Origin: Anaeramoeba ignava BMAN
Taxonomy: Eukaryota > Protista > Anaeramoebae
Reading direction: 5' to 3'
Assembly (NCBI GenBank): GCA_028826165.1
Contig: JAPDFW010000061.1
Span: forward strand, 62,001-126,000
Length of the DNA stretch: 64,000 nt
Positions 1 to 22,329 of the stretch are shown one piece after another. Numbering within the stretch: position 1 is the stretch's first letter; every line of letters starts with the position of its first letter. The translations under genes were made by a program, and so were the position numbers. The notes under the pieces are model-generated. The model ran no database searches. It was not told the origin of the DNA and was given only the letters and a program-made list of their open reading frames with translations.

Positions 1-2062
1 GCATATCAACAATATATTTAGGTCCTGTTGTAAATCCACCAGAAGAGCCACCCATAGCCTTTCCAAGTGTTGAATTAATAATATCAACTCTATCTAAAAC
101 ACCACAATGTTCAGCTGCTCCTCTTCCTGTTTTTCCAAAAAATCCAGTTGCATGACTTTCATCAACACAAACAAGTGAATCATACTATTTAATTATTTAA
201 TTATTTAAATTATTTTATTATTTTTATTATTTTATTTATTTTATTTATTTTATTATTTAATTATTTTAATTATTTAATTATTTAATTATTTAAATTATTT
301 TATTATTTTTATTATTTTATTTATTTTATTTATTTTATTATTTAATTATTTAATTATTTAATTATTTAATTATTTAATTATTTTATTTATTTTAATTATT
401 TAATTATTTAATTATTTAATTATTTTAATATTTAATTATTTTAATATTTTAATTATTTTATTATTTAATTATTTTAATTATTTAATTATTTTATTATTTA
501 ATTATTTTAATTATTTTACTATTTAATTATTTTAATTATTTAATTATTTAATTATTTTTAATTATTTAATTATTTTATTATTTAATTATTTAATTATTTA
601 ATTATTTAATTATTTAAATATTTAATTATTTTAATTATTTAATTATTTAATTATTTAATTATTTAATTATTTTAATTATTTAATTATTTAATTATTTAAT
701 TATTTAATTATTTAATTATTTAATTATTTTAATATTTAATTATTTAATTATTTAATTATTTTAATTATTTAATTTGAAATGAAATTATTATACTTTATCA
801 GCCAAATCACAAATTTCTTTTAAAGGAGGAACATCACCATCCATTGAAAAAACACCATCTGTAATAATAATTCTGATATCACATTTTTGAGCTGATTTAA
901 GTTTTTCTTCAAGATCTTTCATATCACAATGATTATATCTAAGTCTTGTTGCTTTTCCTGCAAGACGAACTCCATCAATAATTGATGCGTGATTTAAAGC
1001 ATCACTAATAATTGCAAGATCAACTTTTTCATCAGTTGTTGGATTGATTAATCCTTCAAAAAGTCCAGCATTTGCATCAAACTAATAAAAATAAAATTAT
1101 TAAAATTAAAATTAAAATTATTATTAAAATTAAAATTAAAATTATAATTATAATTATAATTAAAATTAAAATTAAAATTAAAATTATAATTATAATTAAA
1201 ATTAAAATTAAAATTAAAATTATAATTATAATTAAAATAAAAATTAAAATTAAATTTAAAATTAAATTTATAATTAAAATTAAAATTAAATTTAAAATTA
1301 AATTTATAATTAAAATTAAAATTAAAATTAAAATTAAAATTAAAATTAAAATTAAAATTGAACTTAAAATTAAATTTATAATTAAAATTAAAATTAAAAT
1401 TAAAATTAAATTTAAAATTAAAATTAAATTTAAAATTGAACTTACACAACTTGAATAAAGAATTGCATCTTCTTTTTTATGAAATTTAGCAATTTTTCCT
1501 TCTAATTCTTTGTGAATATTTTGAGTTCCACAAATGAATCTAACAGAACTTAAACCCAATCCATGAGTATCAATAGTTCTCTTTGCTGATTGCATTAAAC
1601 TATAATCATTAGCAAGTCCCAAATACTAATAAAAAAAATGAAAAAAAAAAATGAAAATAAAAAAAATGAAATTAAAAAAAATGAAATTAAAAAAATGAAA
1701 TTAAAAAAAATGAAATTAAAAAAAACATTTGAAATTAAGTCACTTACATTATTTGCACAAAAGTTTAAAACATCGTGTTGAGTTCCTTTAACAGCAATTG
1801 CAGAAGATTGTTGTGAAATGATAACTCTTTCAGCTAAAAAAAATTTTTTTTTCAATGTCAATTCATGTTTTTGTTTTTGTTTTTTTTTTTGTTTTTGTTT
1901 TTAATGTCAATTTTGTTTTTGAAATTAAATTTAATTACCTTTCCATAAACCAGCATCTCTAATATCATCAAGTTGTTTTTGAATTAATTTCTTTGCAGAA
2001 TGTGATGAAAAAAGTGCAAAATTTTGTGTTTTAATTGGTTTAAGAAACTTTGCTGTAAGCAT
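1..2062 (-). CDS. GCAT: Glycine C-acetyltransferase / 2-amino-3-ketobutyrate CoA ligase (PLP-dependent, class II), 3' end beyond window. Exons 2062-1939, 1833-1748, 1625-1446, 1081-794, 184-<1
   Basis: Spliced translation gives [65 protein letters not shown] and STLGKAMGG (PLP lysine). All four introns are GT-AG with consistent phases. Confidence 0.95.
185..793. repeat. Intronic tandem repeat, ~9-bp unit (TTATTTAAT)n, filling GCAT intron 4
   Basis: Repeated attatttaa unit directly visible between the splice sites. Confidence 0.9.
1082..1445. repeat. Intronic hexamer repeat (AAAATT)n filling GCAT intron 3
   Basis: Directly visible. It explains the IK/NF/IL ORFs at 1048-1458. Confidence 0.9.
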
Positions 2063-2145
2063 AATTGATAAAATGAAAAAATGAAAAATGAAAAAATGAA
2101 AAAATGATTTTTTTTTTGCTTTTATTTTTTTTTTTTGCTTTTTTC

Positions 2146-2484
2146 TTATTTTTTAATTTCTTCTTCTTTTTGTAAATTTCTTAAAAAAATTTCAAAAAAT
2201 TCTTTTCTTTTTTTTTCATTTTTGTAAATTTTTTCTTTTTCTTTTTCAATTTCTTTATCTATTTTTTTTAAAGTGGAATTATTTTGTTTTATAAGATTTA
2301 GATATTTTTGTTTTGAATCTTCATATTTTTTATATAAAATTTCAGAAGATTTTAAAGAATTTTCAATTGAATTTTTTAAAGAATTTTTTAAATTAATTGA
2401 ATTTATTGGGATCAATAAATCTTTTAATAAAATTGTTTCAATTTTTATTTCAAATTTTGGATTTGAATTTGGATTTTTGTTCAT
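2146..2484 (-). CDS. Hypothetical 112-aa K/E-rich coiled-coil protein
   Basis: Non-repetitive ORF with ATG, the local codon style and an upstream TCATTTT motif. No recognisable domain. Confidence 0.4.
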   Translation of the reverse strand: MNKNPNSNPKFEIKIETILLKDLLIPINSINLKNSLKNSIENSLKSSEILYKKYEDSKQKYLNLIKQNNSTLKKIDKEIEKEKEKIYKNEKKRKEFFEIFLRNLQKEEEIKK

Positions 2485-2524
2485 TTTGTTTTGAAAAATT
2501 GAAAAATGAACAACAAAAAAATTA

Positions 2525-3599
2525 AGATTTTGATTTATCTTAAAATTGGCATTGATTTTGATTTTGATTTTGACTTTGATTTTGATTTTGATTTTGAATT
2601 TGAATTTGATTTTGATTTTGATTTATCTTAAAATTGGCATTGATTTTGATTTTAAAATTGATTTTGATTTGATTTTGATTTTGAATTTGATTTTAATTTT
2701 GATTTTGAATTTGAATTTGAATTTGATTTTGAATTTGAATTTGAATTTGATTTTGAATTTGAATTTGAATTTGATTTTGATTTTGATTTGATTTTGATTT
2801 GATTTTGAATTTGAATTTGATTTTGATTTTGATTTTGATTTTAAAATTGATTTTGATTTTGATTTTCATTTTGAATTTCATTTTGATTTTGATTTTGATT
2901 TTGAATTTGATTTTGATTTTGAATTTGAATTTGATTTTGAATTTGAATTTGAATTTGATTTTGATTTTCATTTTGAATTTGAATTTGAATTTGATTTTGA
3001 TTTTGATTTTGATTTTGATTTTGAATTTGATTTTGATTTTAATTTTGATTTTGAATTTGATTTTGAATTTGATTTTGAATTTGATTTATATTTTGATTTT
3101 GAATTTGATTTTGATTTTGATTTTGATTTTGATTTTAATTTTGATTTTAATTTTAATTTTGATTTTGATTTTGATTTTGAATTTGATTTTGATTTTGATT
3201 TTAATTTTGATTTTGATTTTAATTTTGAATTTAATTTTGAATTTAATTTTGATTTAGATTTTGATTTTGATTTTGATTTTGAATTTGAATTTGATTTTGA
3301 TTTTGATTTTGATTTTGATTTTGATTTTAAAATTGATTTTGATTTTAATTTTAATTTTGAATTTGAATTTGAATTTGATTTTGAATTTGATTTTGATTTA
3401 ATTTTGATTTTGATTTTGAATTTGATTTTGAATTTGAATTTGAATTTGATTTTGAATTTGATTTTGATTTGAATTTGATTTTGATTTTAATTTTGATTTT
3501 GAATTTGAATTTGATTTTGATTTTGATTTTGAAATTGATTTTGAATTTGAATTTGATTTTAATTTTAATTTTGAATTTGATTTTGAATTTGATTTTGAT

Positions 3600-3620
<21 letters not shown>
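2525..3620. repeat. (GATTTT/GAATTT)n microsatellite at the left edge of duplicated block 1
   Basis: About 1.1 kb of hexamer repeats directly visible. Confidence 0.9.
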
Positions 3621-15749
<12,129 letters not shown>

Positions 15750-16159
15750 GATCTGTTGAATTTTTAAAAGAAAATTAAAATTGTGTTTAATAAGAAATTT
15801 TCAATTATTTTGATTTCAAAAAATATTTTTATTAAATGTTTAATTTCTAATTTTATATTTTTATTATTTAAATTATTTATATTTAATCAATTAAAAAAAA
15901 CAGGAAAAAAATTATTTTTGAATTATTTTTGAATTATTTTTGAATTATTTTTGAATTTGACTTTTTCATTATTTTAATTAGGAAAAGTATTTTATTAATT
16001 TTTTATTTCTTACTTTAATAAAAAAGTTTTTAAAAAAAAAGAGAAAAAAATGAAAAAAAAAAAGGAAAAAAAATATTTTTTTATTTTTTTGGAATTTTGT
16101 TTTTAATTAAAAAATTAAACATTTTTCTTTCTTTTTTTCTTCTTTTTTTCTTTTCAGAT

Positions 16160-16425
16160 TTTCATTTTGATTTTGATTTTGATTTTGATTTTGATTTTGA
16201 TTTTGATTTTGATTTTGATTTTGATTTTGATTTTGATTTTGATTTTGATTTTGATTTTGATTTTGATTTTGAATTTGATTTTGATTTTGATTTTGATTTT
16301 GATTTTGATTTTGATTTTGATTTTGATTTTGATTTTGATTTTCATTTTGATTTTGATTTTCATTTTGATTTTGATTTTGATTTTGATTTTAATTTTGATT
16401 TCAAATTTTAATTTTGATTTTGATT
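16160..16425. repeat. (GATTTT)n array at the right edge of duplicated block 1
   Basis: Directly visible. Confidence 0.9.
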
Positions 16426-16494
16426 AATTTTCTTTCTTTTATTTCTTTTTATTTTGATTTTGAATTTGATTTGAATTTTGTTATGTTTTCTTGT

Positions 16495-18044
16495 TTAGGA
16501 ATGAGTCGCTAATATCCGAATAACTTCCTCAATAATAACATCATCAGAAACAGTATCTCCATGTCCAGCTCCACCCCAAATAAAACACTCAACAGTTTGA
16601 GTTTGTTGTTTAGGCCATTCCTCACAAGCAATAGTCATAACTTCAGAAGGAGTACAACCATCTCCATCAGCTTGAATAATATTATAATCACCTCCAAGAT
16701 GATCCGAATATTGGATTTGAATAGGAGTATTCAAACCAGATCCAATTTGAAAGAAAGTAGGAACACCAGGAGCAGTTAAAACAGAACCATCATCCCAATT
16801 ATCATCAAGCATATCATGACTCGATTGAGGAAAGTCAAGATCACTGAGTAACTGATGAATATCTTGCAAAGTTGGATAATATTCTTTTGTTGGAGTTGTC
16901 ACAACTGGTTTTGTCCAATAAGGTGAATGAGGCACAAAGAAATAAAGACTTGGAAATGTTCTTTCCATTGAGAGAACCTCCGATCCAGTTACAATCGGAA
17001 TTCCAAAATTAATTCCATAAAATAATCCAATTAATGAATCCATCACTCCTCCCATTGGCGGAGACAAAGGAATCCAAGTTGCAATGTATCGATCTTTCCA
17101 CTCTTGTGTTTGCTGAGCAAAAAATAAAGTTGAAATGAAACATCCCATTGAATGTGATATCAAATGCACTTTTGACCCAGAGTTGATTTCTGACGCATAT
17201 TCTATTGTGTACTTCACTAGTTCAAATAATTCCGTTAGATTTCTTGGTGATAATCTCCAATCATATGTTATTGGAAAAAGTGTTTTTCCTTCTTGATATC
17301 CAAAAGTTCTCAATTTCTCTAACATCTTCGCAAAATATGCTATTGCTTCGATAAATGATAACGTTGGATCAAGATTTTCTAACCCTTTCGATCCTGTTAT
17401 TGGTCTTGTTGATGCTCCTTTTTTGTCATAACTATATCGAGTTTCGGGATCATATTCGAATGAAAAATATTCATTAAAACACTTTTTTTAAAAATTAAAA
17501 TTAAAAAAGAAAAAAAAGTGGAACAAATTTTTTTGATTAGTTCAAATTATTTTTTTTTTGATTACTTCAATAATTTCTGGAACTAAAACTTCAATATTTA
17601 ACCATGTACTAAACCAATCTTTATTCTCTTTACAAAACCAATGATTTGAATCGAAGTTTTCAAGTTTTGCTTCTATTCTTGATCCGCCTAATCCTTTTTG
17701 TTTTAAAAAATTCAAAATGATTTAAATAAAAAAAATTTAATTAAATAAAAGGGAAAATTTTTTTGTTGATTTAATTTACCTGGAAGAATTATTATTGGAT
17801 CTAACTGCATTCCTTTATTATTGGAATTTATTGAAGCCAAAGTTATTAAATCCTTTTAATTTATTTTATTTTTAAATTAGAAAAAAACCAAATAAAAATT
17901 TTTTTCTCTTTTTAAATTATTTTTTCAAACTTGATCTTTTTCTTTTGGTTTTTTTTCATTATCTGGTGATAAAAAACTGAAAACGCCAAATTGTAAAAAT
18001 AGTAAAAAAAATAAAATCTTGGAAATTGTTTCAAAGAAGTTCAT
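16495..18044 (-). CDS. LCAT / lysosomal phospholipase A2 (group XV)-like acyltransferase with signal peptide. Exons 18044-17931, 17852-17780, 17693-17566, 17481-16495
   Basis: Spliced translation gives PIIILPGLGGSRIEAKL, HWFC...DWFSTWLN, TYDWRLSP, nucleophile elbow HLISHSMG, DGDGCTP (Asp) and GAGHGD (His). Hydrophobic N-terminus. Intron phases are consistent. Confidence 0.92.
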
Positions 18045-18159
18045 TTTCTTTTGTTTAAAAAAGTAATTCTCAAAGAAGAGAAAAAAAATGAAAAAAAAAA
18101 ATAAAAAAATTTTTTTTGAATTGAAAGTGTCAAAAAATTTAAAAAGAATTTTAATTATT

Positions 18160-19450
18160 CAATTTATAATTATTTTTAAATTATAATTTTATTATCATTT
18201 CATTGATTATTTTAATATTTTTTAATTTAAAATTATTTATATTTTATTATTAAAATTATTTATTTAATTTTTTATAATAATTTTAAATTAAAAAATATTA
18301 AATTAAATTTATAATTATTTTTAAATTTTAATTTTATTATCATTTTATTGATTATTTCGATACTTTTTAATTTAAAATTATTTATATTTTATTATTAAAA
18401 TTATTAATTTAATTTTTTATAATAATTTTAAATTAAAAATATTAAATTGAATTTATAATTATTTTTAAATTATAATTTTATTATCATTTCATTTATTATT
18501 TTAATACTTTTTAATTTGAAATTATTTATATTTTATTATTAAAATTATTTATTTAATTTTTTATAATAATTTTAAATTAAAAAGTATTAAATTGAATTTA
18601 TAATTATTTTTTAAATTATAATTTTATTATCATTTCATTGATTATTTTAATATTTTTAATTTGAAATTATTTATATTTTTATTATTAAAATTATTTATTT
18701 AATTTTTATAATAATTTTAAATTAAAAATATTAAATTGAATTTATAATTATTTTTAAATTATAATTTTATTATCATTTCATTGATAACTTTAATATTTTT
18801 AATTTAAAATTATTTATATTTTATTATTAAAATTATTTATTTAATTTTTATAATAATTTTAAATTAAAAATATTAAGTTGAATTTATAATTATTTTTAAA
18901 TTATAATTTTATTATCATTTCATTGATAACTTTAATATTTTTAATTTAAAATTATTTATATTTTATTATTAAAATTATTTATTTAATTTTTATAATAATT
19001 TTTAAATTAAAAATATTAAATTAAATTTATAATTATTTTTAAATTTTAATTTTATTATCATTTCATTGATTATTTCGATACTTTTTAATTTGAAATTATT
19101 TATATTTTATTATTAAAATTATTTATTTAATTTTTTATAATAATTTTAAATTAAAAATATTAGATTAAATTTATAATTATTTTTAAATTATAATTTTATT
19201 ATCATTTTATTTATTATTTTAATACTTTTTAATTTAAAATTATTTATATTTTATTATTAAAATTATTTATTTAATTTTTTATAATAATTTTAAATTAAAA
19301 AATATTATGTTGAATTTATAATTATTTTTAAATTATAATTTTATTATCATTTCATTGATTATTTTAATATTTTTTAATTTAAAATTATTTATATTTTATT
19401 ATTAAAATTATTTATTTAATTTTTTATAATAATTTTAAATTAAAAAGTAT
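18160..19450. repeat. Tandem satellite, ~144-bp unit, ~9 copies, almost pure A/T
   Basis: The marker ATTATCATTT recurs at about 18191, 18335, 18480, 18625, 18768, 18911, 19054, 19197 and 19342. Confidence 0.92.
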
Positions 19451-19575
19451 TGAGAAGTTGAATTTTGCTCAATCCCCCAAAAAAAAAATTTGAAAAATGT
19501 TTTTTGGATTGTTTTTCATTTTTATTTTCTTTTGAATTCCTTTTTCATTTTAAGAAATTGTTATAAAAAAGAAAA

Positions 19576-21732
19576 ATGAATTTTTTGAATTTGTTTTGGA
19601 GTTTTGCTTTCTTTTGTTGTTTTCCAATTTTCACAGAAGTTGTAATGAAAAACAGTGAAACTCTTCCGGTTAAAATGCAAGAAGTTTATGTTTCTTTAAT
19701 AGATTCTGAGGAAGGATTTGTTTATTTTGCGGATCAAGATGCAAGTACAAATTCTCACTTATTCAAATTTGAAATTGAAAGTTTCCAGTTACTTTCCTTT
19801 CTTGATTTGGGTGTTTATAATGTTTATTGTGGAATCATTGATACTGAAAATAAATTGGCATATTTTGGATCGCATTTAAATCAAGCCAAAATTGTGAAGG
19901 TTGATTTGAAGAAATTTAAAATTTTAGATACGCTCAGTTTAAGTGGAATTTCAAATCTTTTTTCAGCTCAAATTGATATTGTGAATCAAAAAGGATATTT
20001 CATTTCCGATTACACTTCCCCGAATGTTGTGAAAATAGATTTGCTTTCATTTGTTCAAGAAGCAACTTTAACAATTTCAGATATGAACAGATGGGGATCA
20101 GTTATAGATGTTACAAGAGGGCTGCTTTATATTTTCACAGATTACTTCACAAGTTCTAATCCTAGAATTGAAAAAATTGAATTATCCACTTTTTCTCATA
20201 TTAATACTCTTGTTTTGAATTCTTCACAAGATCACCCTTTTTGTGGAGTAATTGATTCACAATCTGCATTTATGTATGTCGGAATCGATTCACAACCAAT
20301 GAAAATTATTAAAATTGATTTGAATTCTTTTCAAGAAGTGAATTCACTCAACTGCTCAAAAAATCAATATGGCTCTTATGGATCTGTTATTGATTCTCAA
20401 AATCATTTAGCTTATTTTTTGGCTTATTCAGGATTTCTTGTCAGAATAAATTTGAGTGATTTTACAATCATTGATACATTATCATTTGGATCCAATTCTT
20501 TTGGCTACTCAATTAGTATTGATTTGGAAAGAAATTGTTCTTTTATTGGATTTAAAGAATCTCAAGTTGGCAAAATAGATTTAACATTGTTTAACCAAAT
20601 CATCAAAAAAACTTCTCCTGATTTTAGATATCCCGAAATGCTATTGATTGATGATCTGCAACAAGTAGGATATCTTGGATTTGAATTATCGGGACTTCTT
20701 GCCAAAATTGATTTGAATTCATTGCAAATATTAGATTATTTAGAAACTGGTGATACAAGTGATGGAATCTATTATGGTGGAATTGATAATCAAAACCAAT
20801 ATGCCTATTTCCTTCGATTTTATGGGTTGATCATTATAAAACTCAGTTTAACGAATTTCTCAATCATTGAAGTAAAGGAATTAATCGGAACAAATCAAGG
20901 AAACAATTACACTCAAGCTTTTGCTTTTGATAAATTAAATGGATTGTTTTATCTCGCTTTTGTTTCAAATGAGGAAAATTTTATTTTGAAGCTCGATATC
21001 CCGAATTACGAGATTATGGATTCTGTGCATGTCGAGGAGTCTTTGATAGAATTACTTCTTGATTCTTCTGGAAACAACCTCTATGCATTTGTGGGTGGAT
21101 TAGGTTCATATTCCTTGATGAAATTTCAATTACCCAATATGAATCAATTTGAATTATTGAATTTATCCAATTTTGGTATAATCGATACAATGATTCTGGA
21201 TCTGAATCATCAATTTATCTATTTTGGGAATGTGATGTGTCCATCTTTTTCCCAATTTAATCAACCAAAATTAATCTCAGATTCTTGTTGGCCAGAAGTG
21301 TGCCGTATTTCAATTTCAACACTAAAAGTTCTTGATTGTACAAAAATTGATTCATCTATTGAATCAATTGATGATACTTTTTTGGATTCAACTCATAATT
21401 ATGGTTTTTTTTCAGGTGATATTTGGAATCAAGAAAAAAATCAATACTCAACAAAAATTGCTCAAATTGAACTTTCTTCAAATCAATTGGTTTCATATTC
21501 ACAATTAGATGATTACTCAACTATTTTATTTAGTGAACTTGATTCAAAAACTGGGAATGCTTATACTTGTCCAAGTGAACAATATCCAGTTCCCTTTATA
21601 CAACTTGAAATCACAATCCCCTCTCCAACTCCAATTCCTCCTTCACCCTTTCCCTCTTTATCCCAAAAAATAATTTTTCCAAATTTCCTTTTGATTCTTT
21701 TCTTTTTTTTCCTTTTAAACTCAATTTTGTAA
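19576..21732 (+). CDS. 718-aa secreted/surface protein with ~42-aa beta-propeller-like repeats, Pro-rich stalk and hydrophobic C-terminus (GPI signal or TM anchor)
   Basis: Intronless ORF. Signal-like N-terminus, recurring 'K(I/V)DL.SF...ID..N..AYF' units, and C-terminal PSPTPIPPSPFPS followed by LLILFFFFLLNSIL. The fold is an inference. Confidence 0.85.
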   Translation: MNFLNLFWSFAFFCCFPIFTEVVMKNSETLPVKMQEVYVSLIDSEEGFVYFADQDASTNSHLFKFEIESFQLLSFLDLGVYNVYCGIIDTENKLAYFGSHLNQAKIVKVDLKKFKILDTLSLSGISNLFSAQIDIVNQKGYFISDYTSPNVVKIDLLSFVQEATLTISDMNRWGSVIDVTRGLLYIFTDYFTSSNPRIEKIELSTFSHINTLVLNSSQDHPFCGVIDSQSAFMYVGIDSQPMKIIKIDLNSFQEVNSLNCSKNQYGSYGSVIDSQNHLAYFLAYSGFLVRINLSDFTIIDTLSFGSNSFGYSISIDLERNCSFIGFKESQVGKIDLTLFNQIIKKTSPDFRYPEMLLIDDLQQVGYLGFELSGLLAKIDLNSLQILDYLETGDTSDGIYYGGIDNQNQYAYFLRFYGLIIIKLSLTNFSIIEVKELIGTNQGNNYTQAFAFDKLNGLFYLAFVSNEENFILKLDIPNYEIMDSVHVEESLIELLLDSSGNNLYAFVGGLGSYSLMKFQLPNMNQFELLNLSNFGIIDTMILDLNHQFIYFGNVMCPSFSQFNQPKLISDSCWPEVCRISISTLKVLDCTKIDSSIESIDDTFLDSTHNYGFFSGDIWNQEKNQYSTKIAQIELSSNQLVSYSQLDDYSTILFSELDSKTGNAYTCPSEQYPVPFIQLEITIPSPTPIPPSPFPSLSQKIIFPNFLLILFFFFLLNSIL

Positions 21733-21819
21733 CAAAAGGATTTGAATTCCTTTTGATTTACTCTTTCTTTTATTTCAAATTGGAAATAAATTTCAATTTC
21801 TTTTATTTTATTGATTATT

Positions 21820-22325
21820 TTGAATTTGATTTTGAATTGATTTTGATTTTGATTTTGATTTTGATTTTGATTTAATTTGATTTTGAATTTGATTTTTGAA
21901 TTTGATTTTTGAATTTGATTTTTGAATTTGATTTTGATTTTGAATTTGATTTTGATTTTGATTTTGATTTTGATTTTGATTTAAATTTTGAATTTGATTT
22001 TGAATTTGAATTTGAATTTGAATTTGATTTTGATTTTAATTTTGATTTTGATTTTGTTTCTGATTTTGATTTTGATTTTGATTTTGATTTTGATTTTATT
22101 TTTTGTTTTGATTTAAATTTTGATTTTAATTTTGATTTTGATTTTGATTTTGATTTTGATTTTTTGATTTTGATTTTGATTTTGATTTTGATTTTGATTT
22201 TGATTTTGATTTTGAATTTGAATTTGATTTTGATTTTGACTTTGAATTTGAATTTGATTTTGATTTTGACTTTGAATTTGAATTTGATTTTGATTTTGAT
22301 TTTCATTTTGATTTTGAATTTGATT
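21820..22325. repeat. (GATTTT/GAATTT)n array at the left edge of duplicated block 2
   Basis: Directly visible. Confidence 0.9.
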
Positions 22326-22329
22326 ATAT

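Noticed and set aside
16430-21800. Transposon or integrated virus
   Set aside because: No transposase, integrase, RT or capsid motifs, no terminal inverted repeats or target-site duplication seen, and the LCAT gene has ordinary introns.
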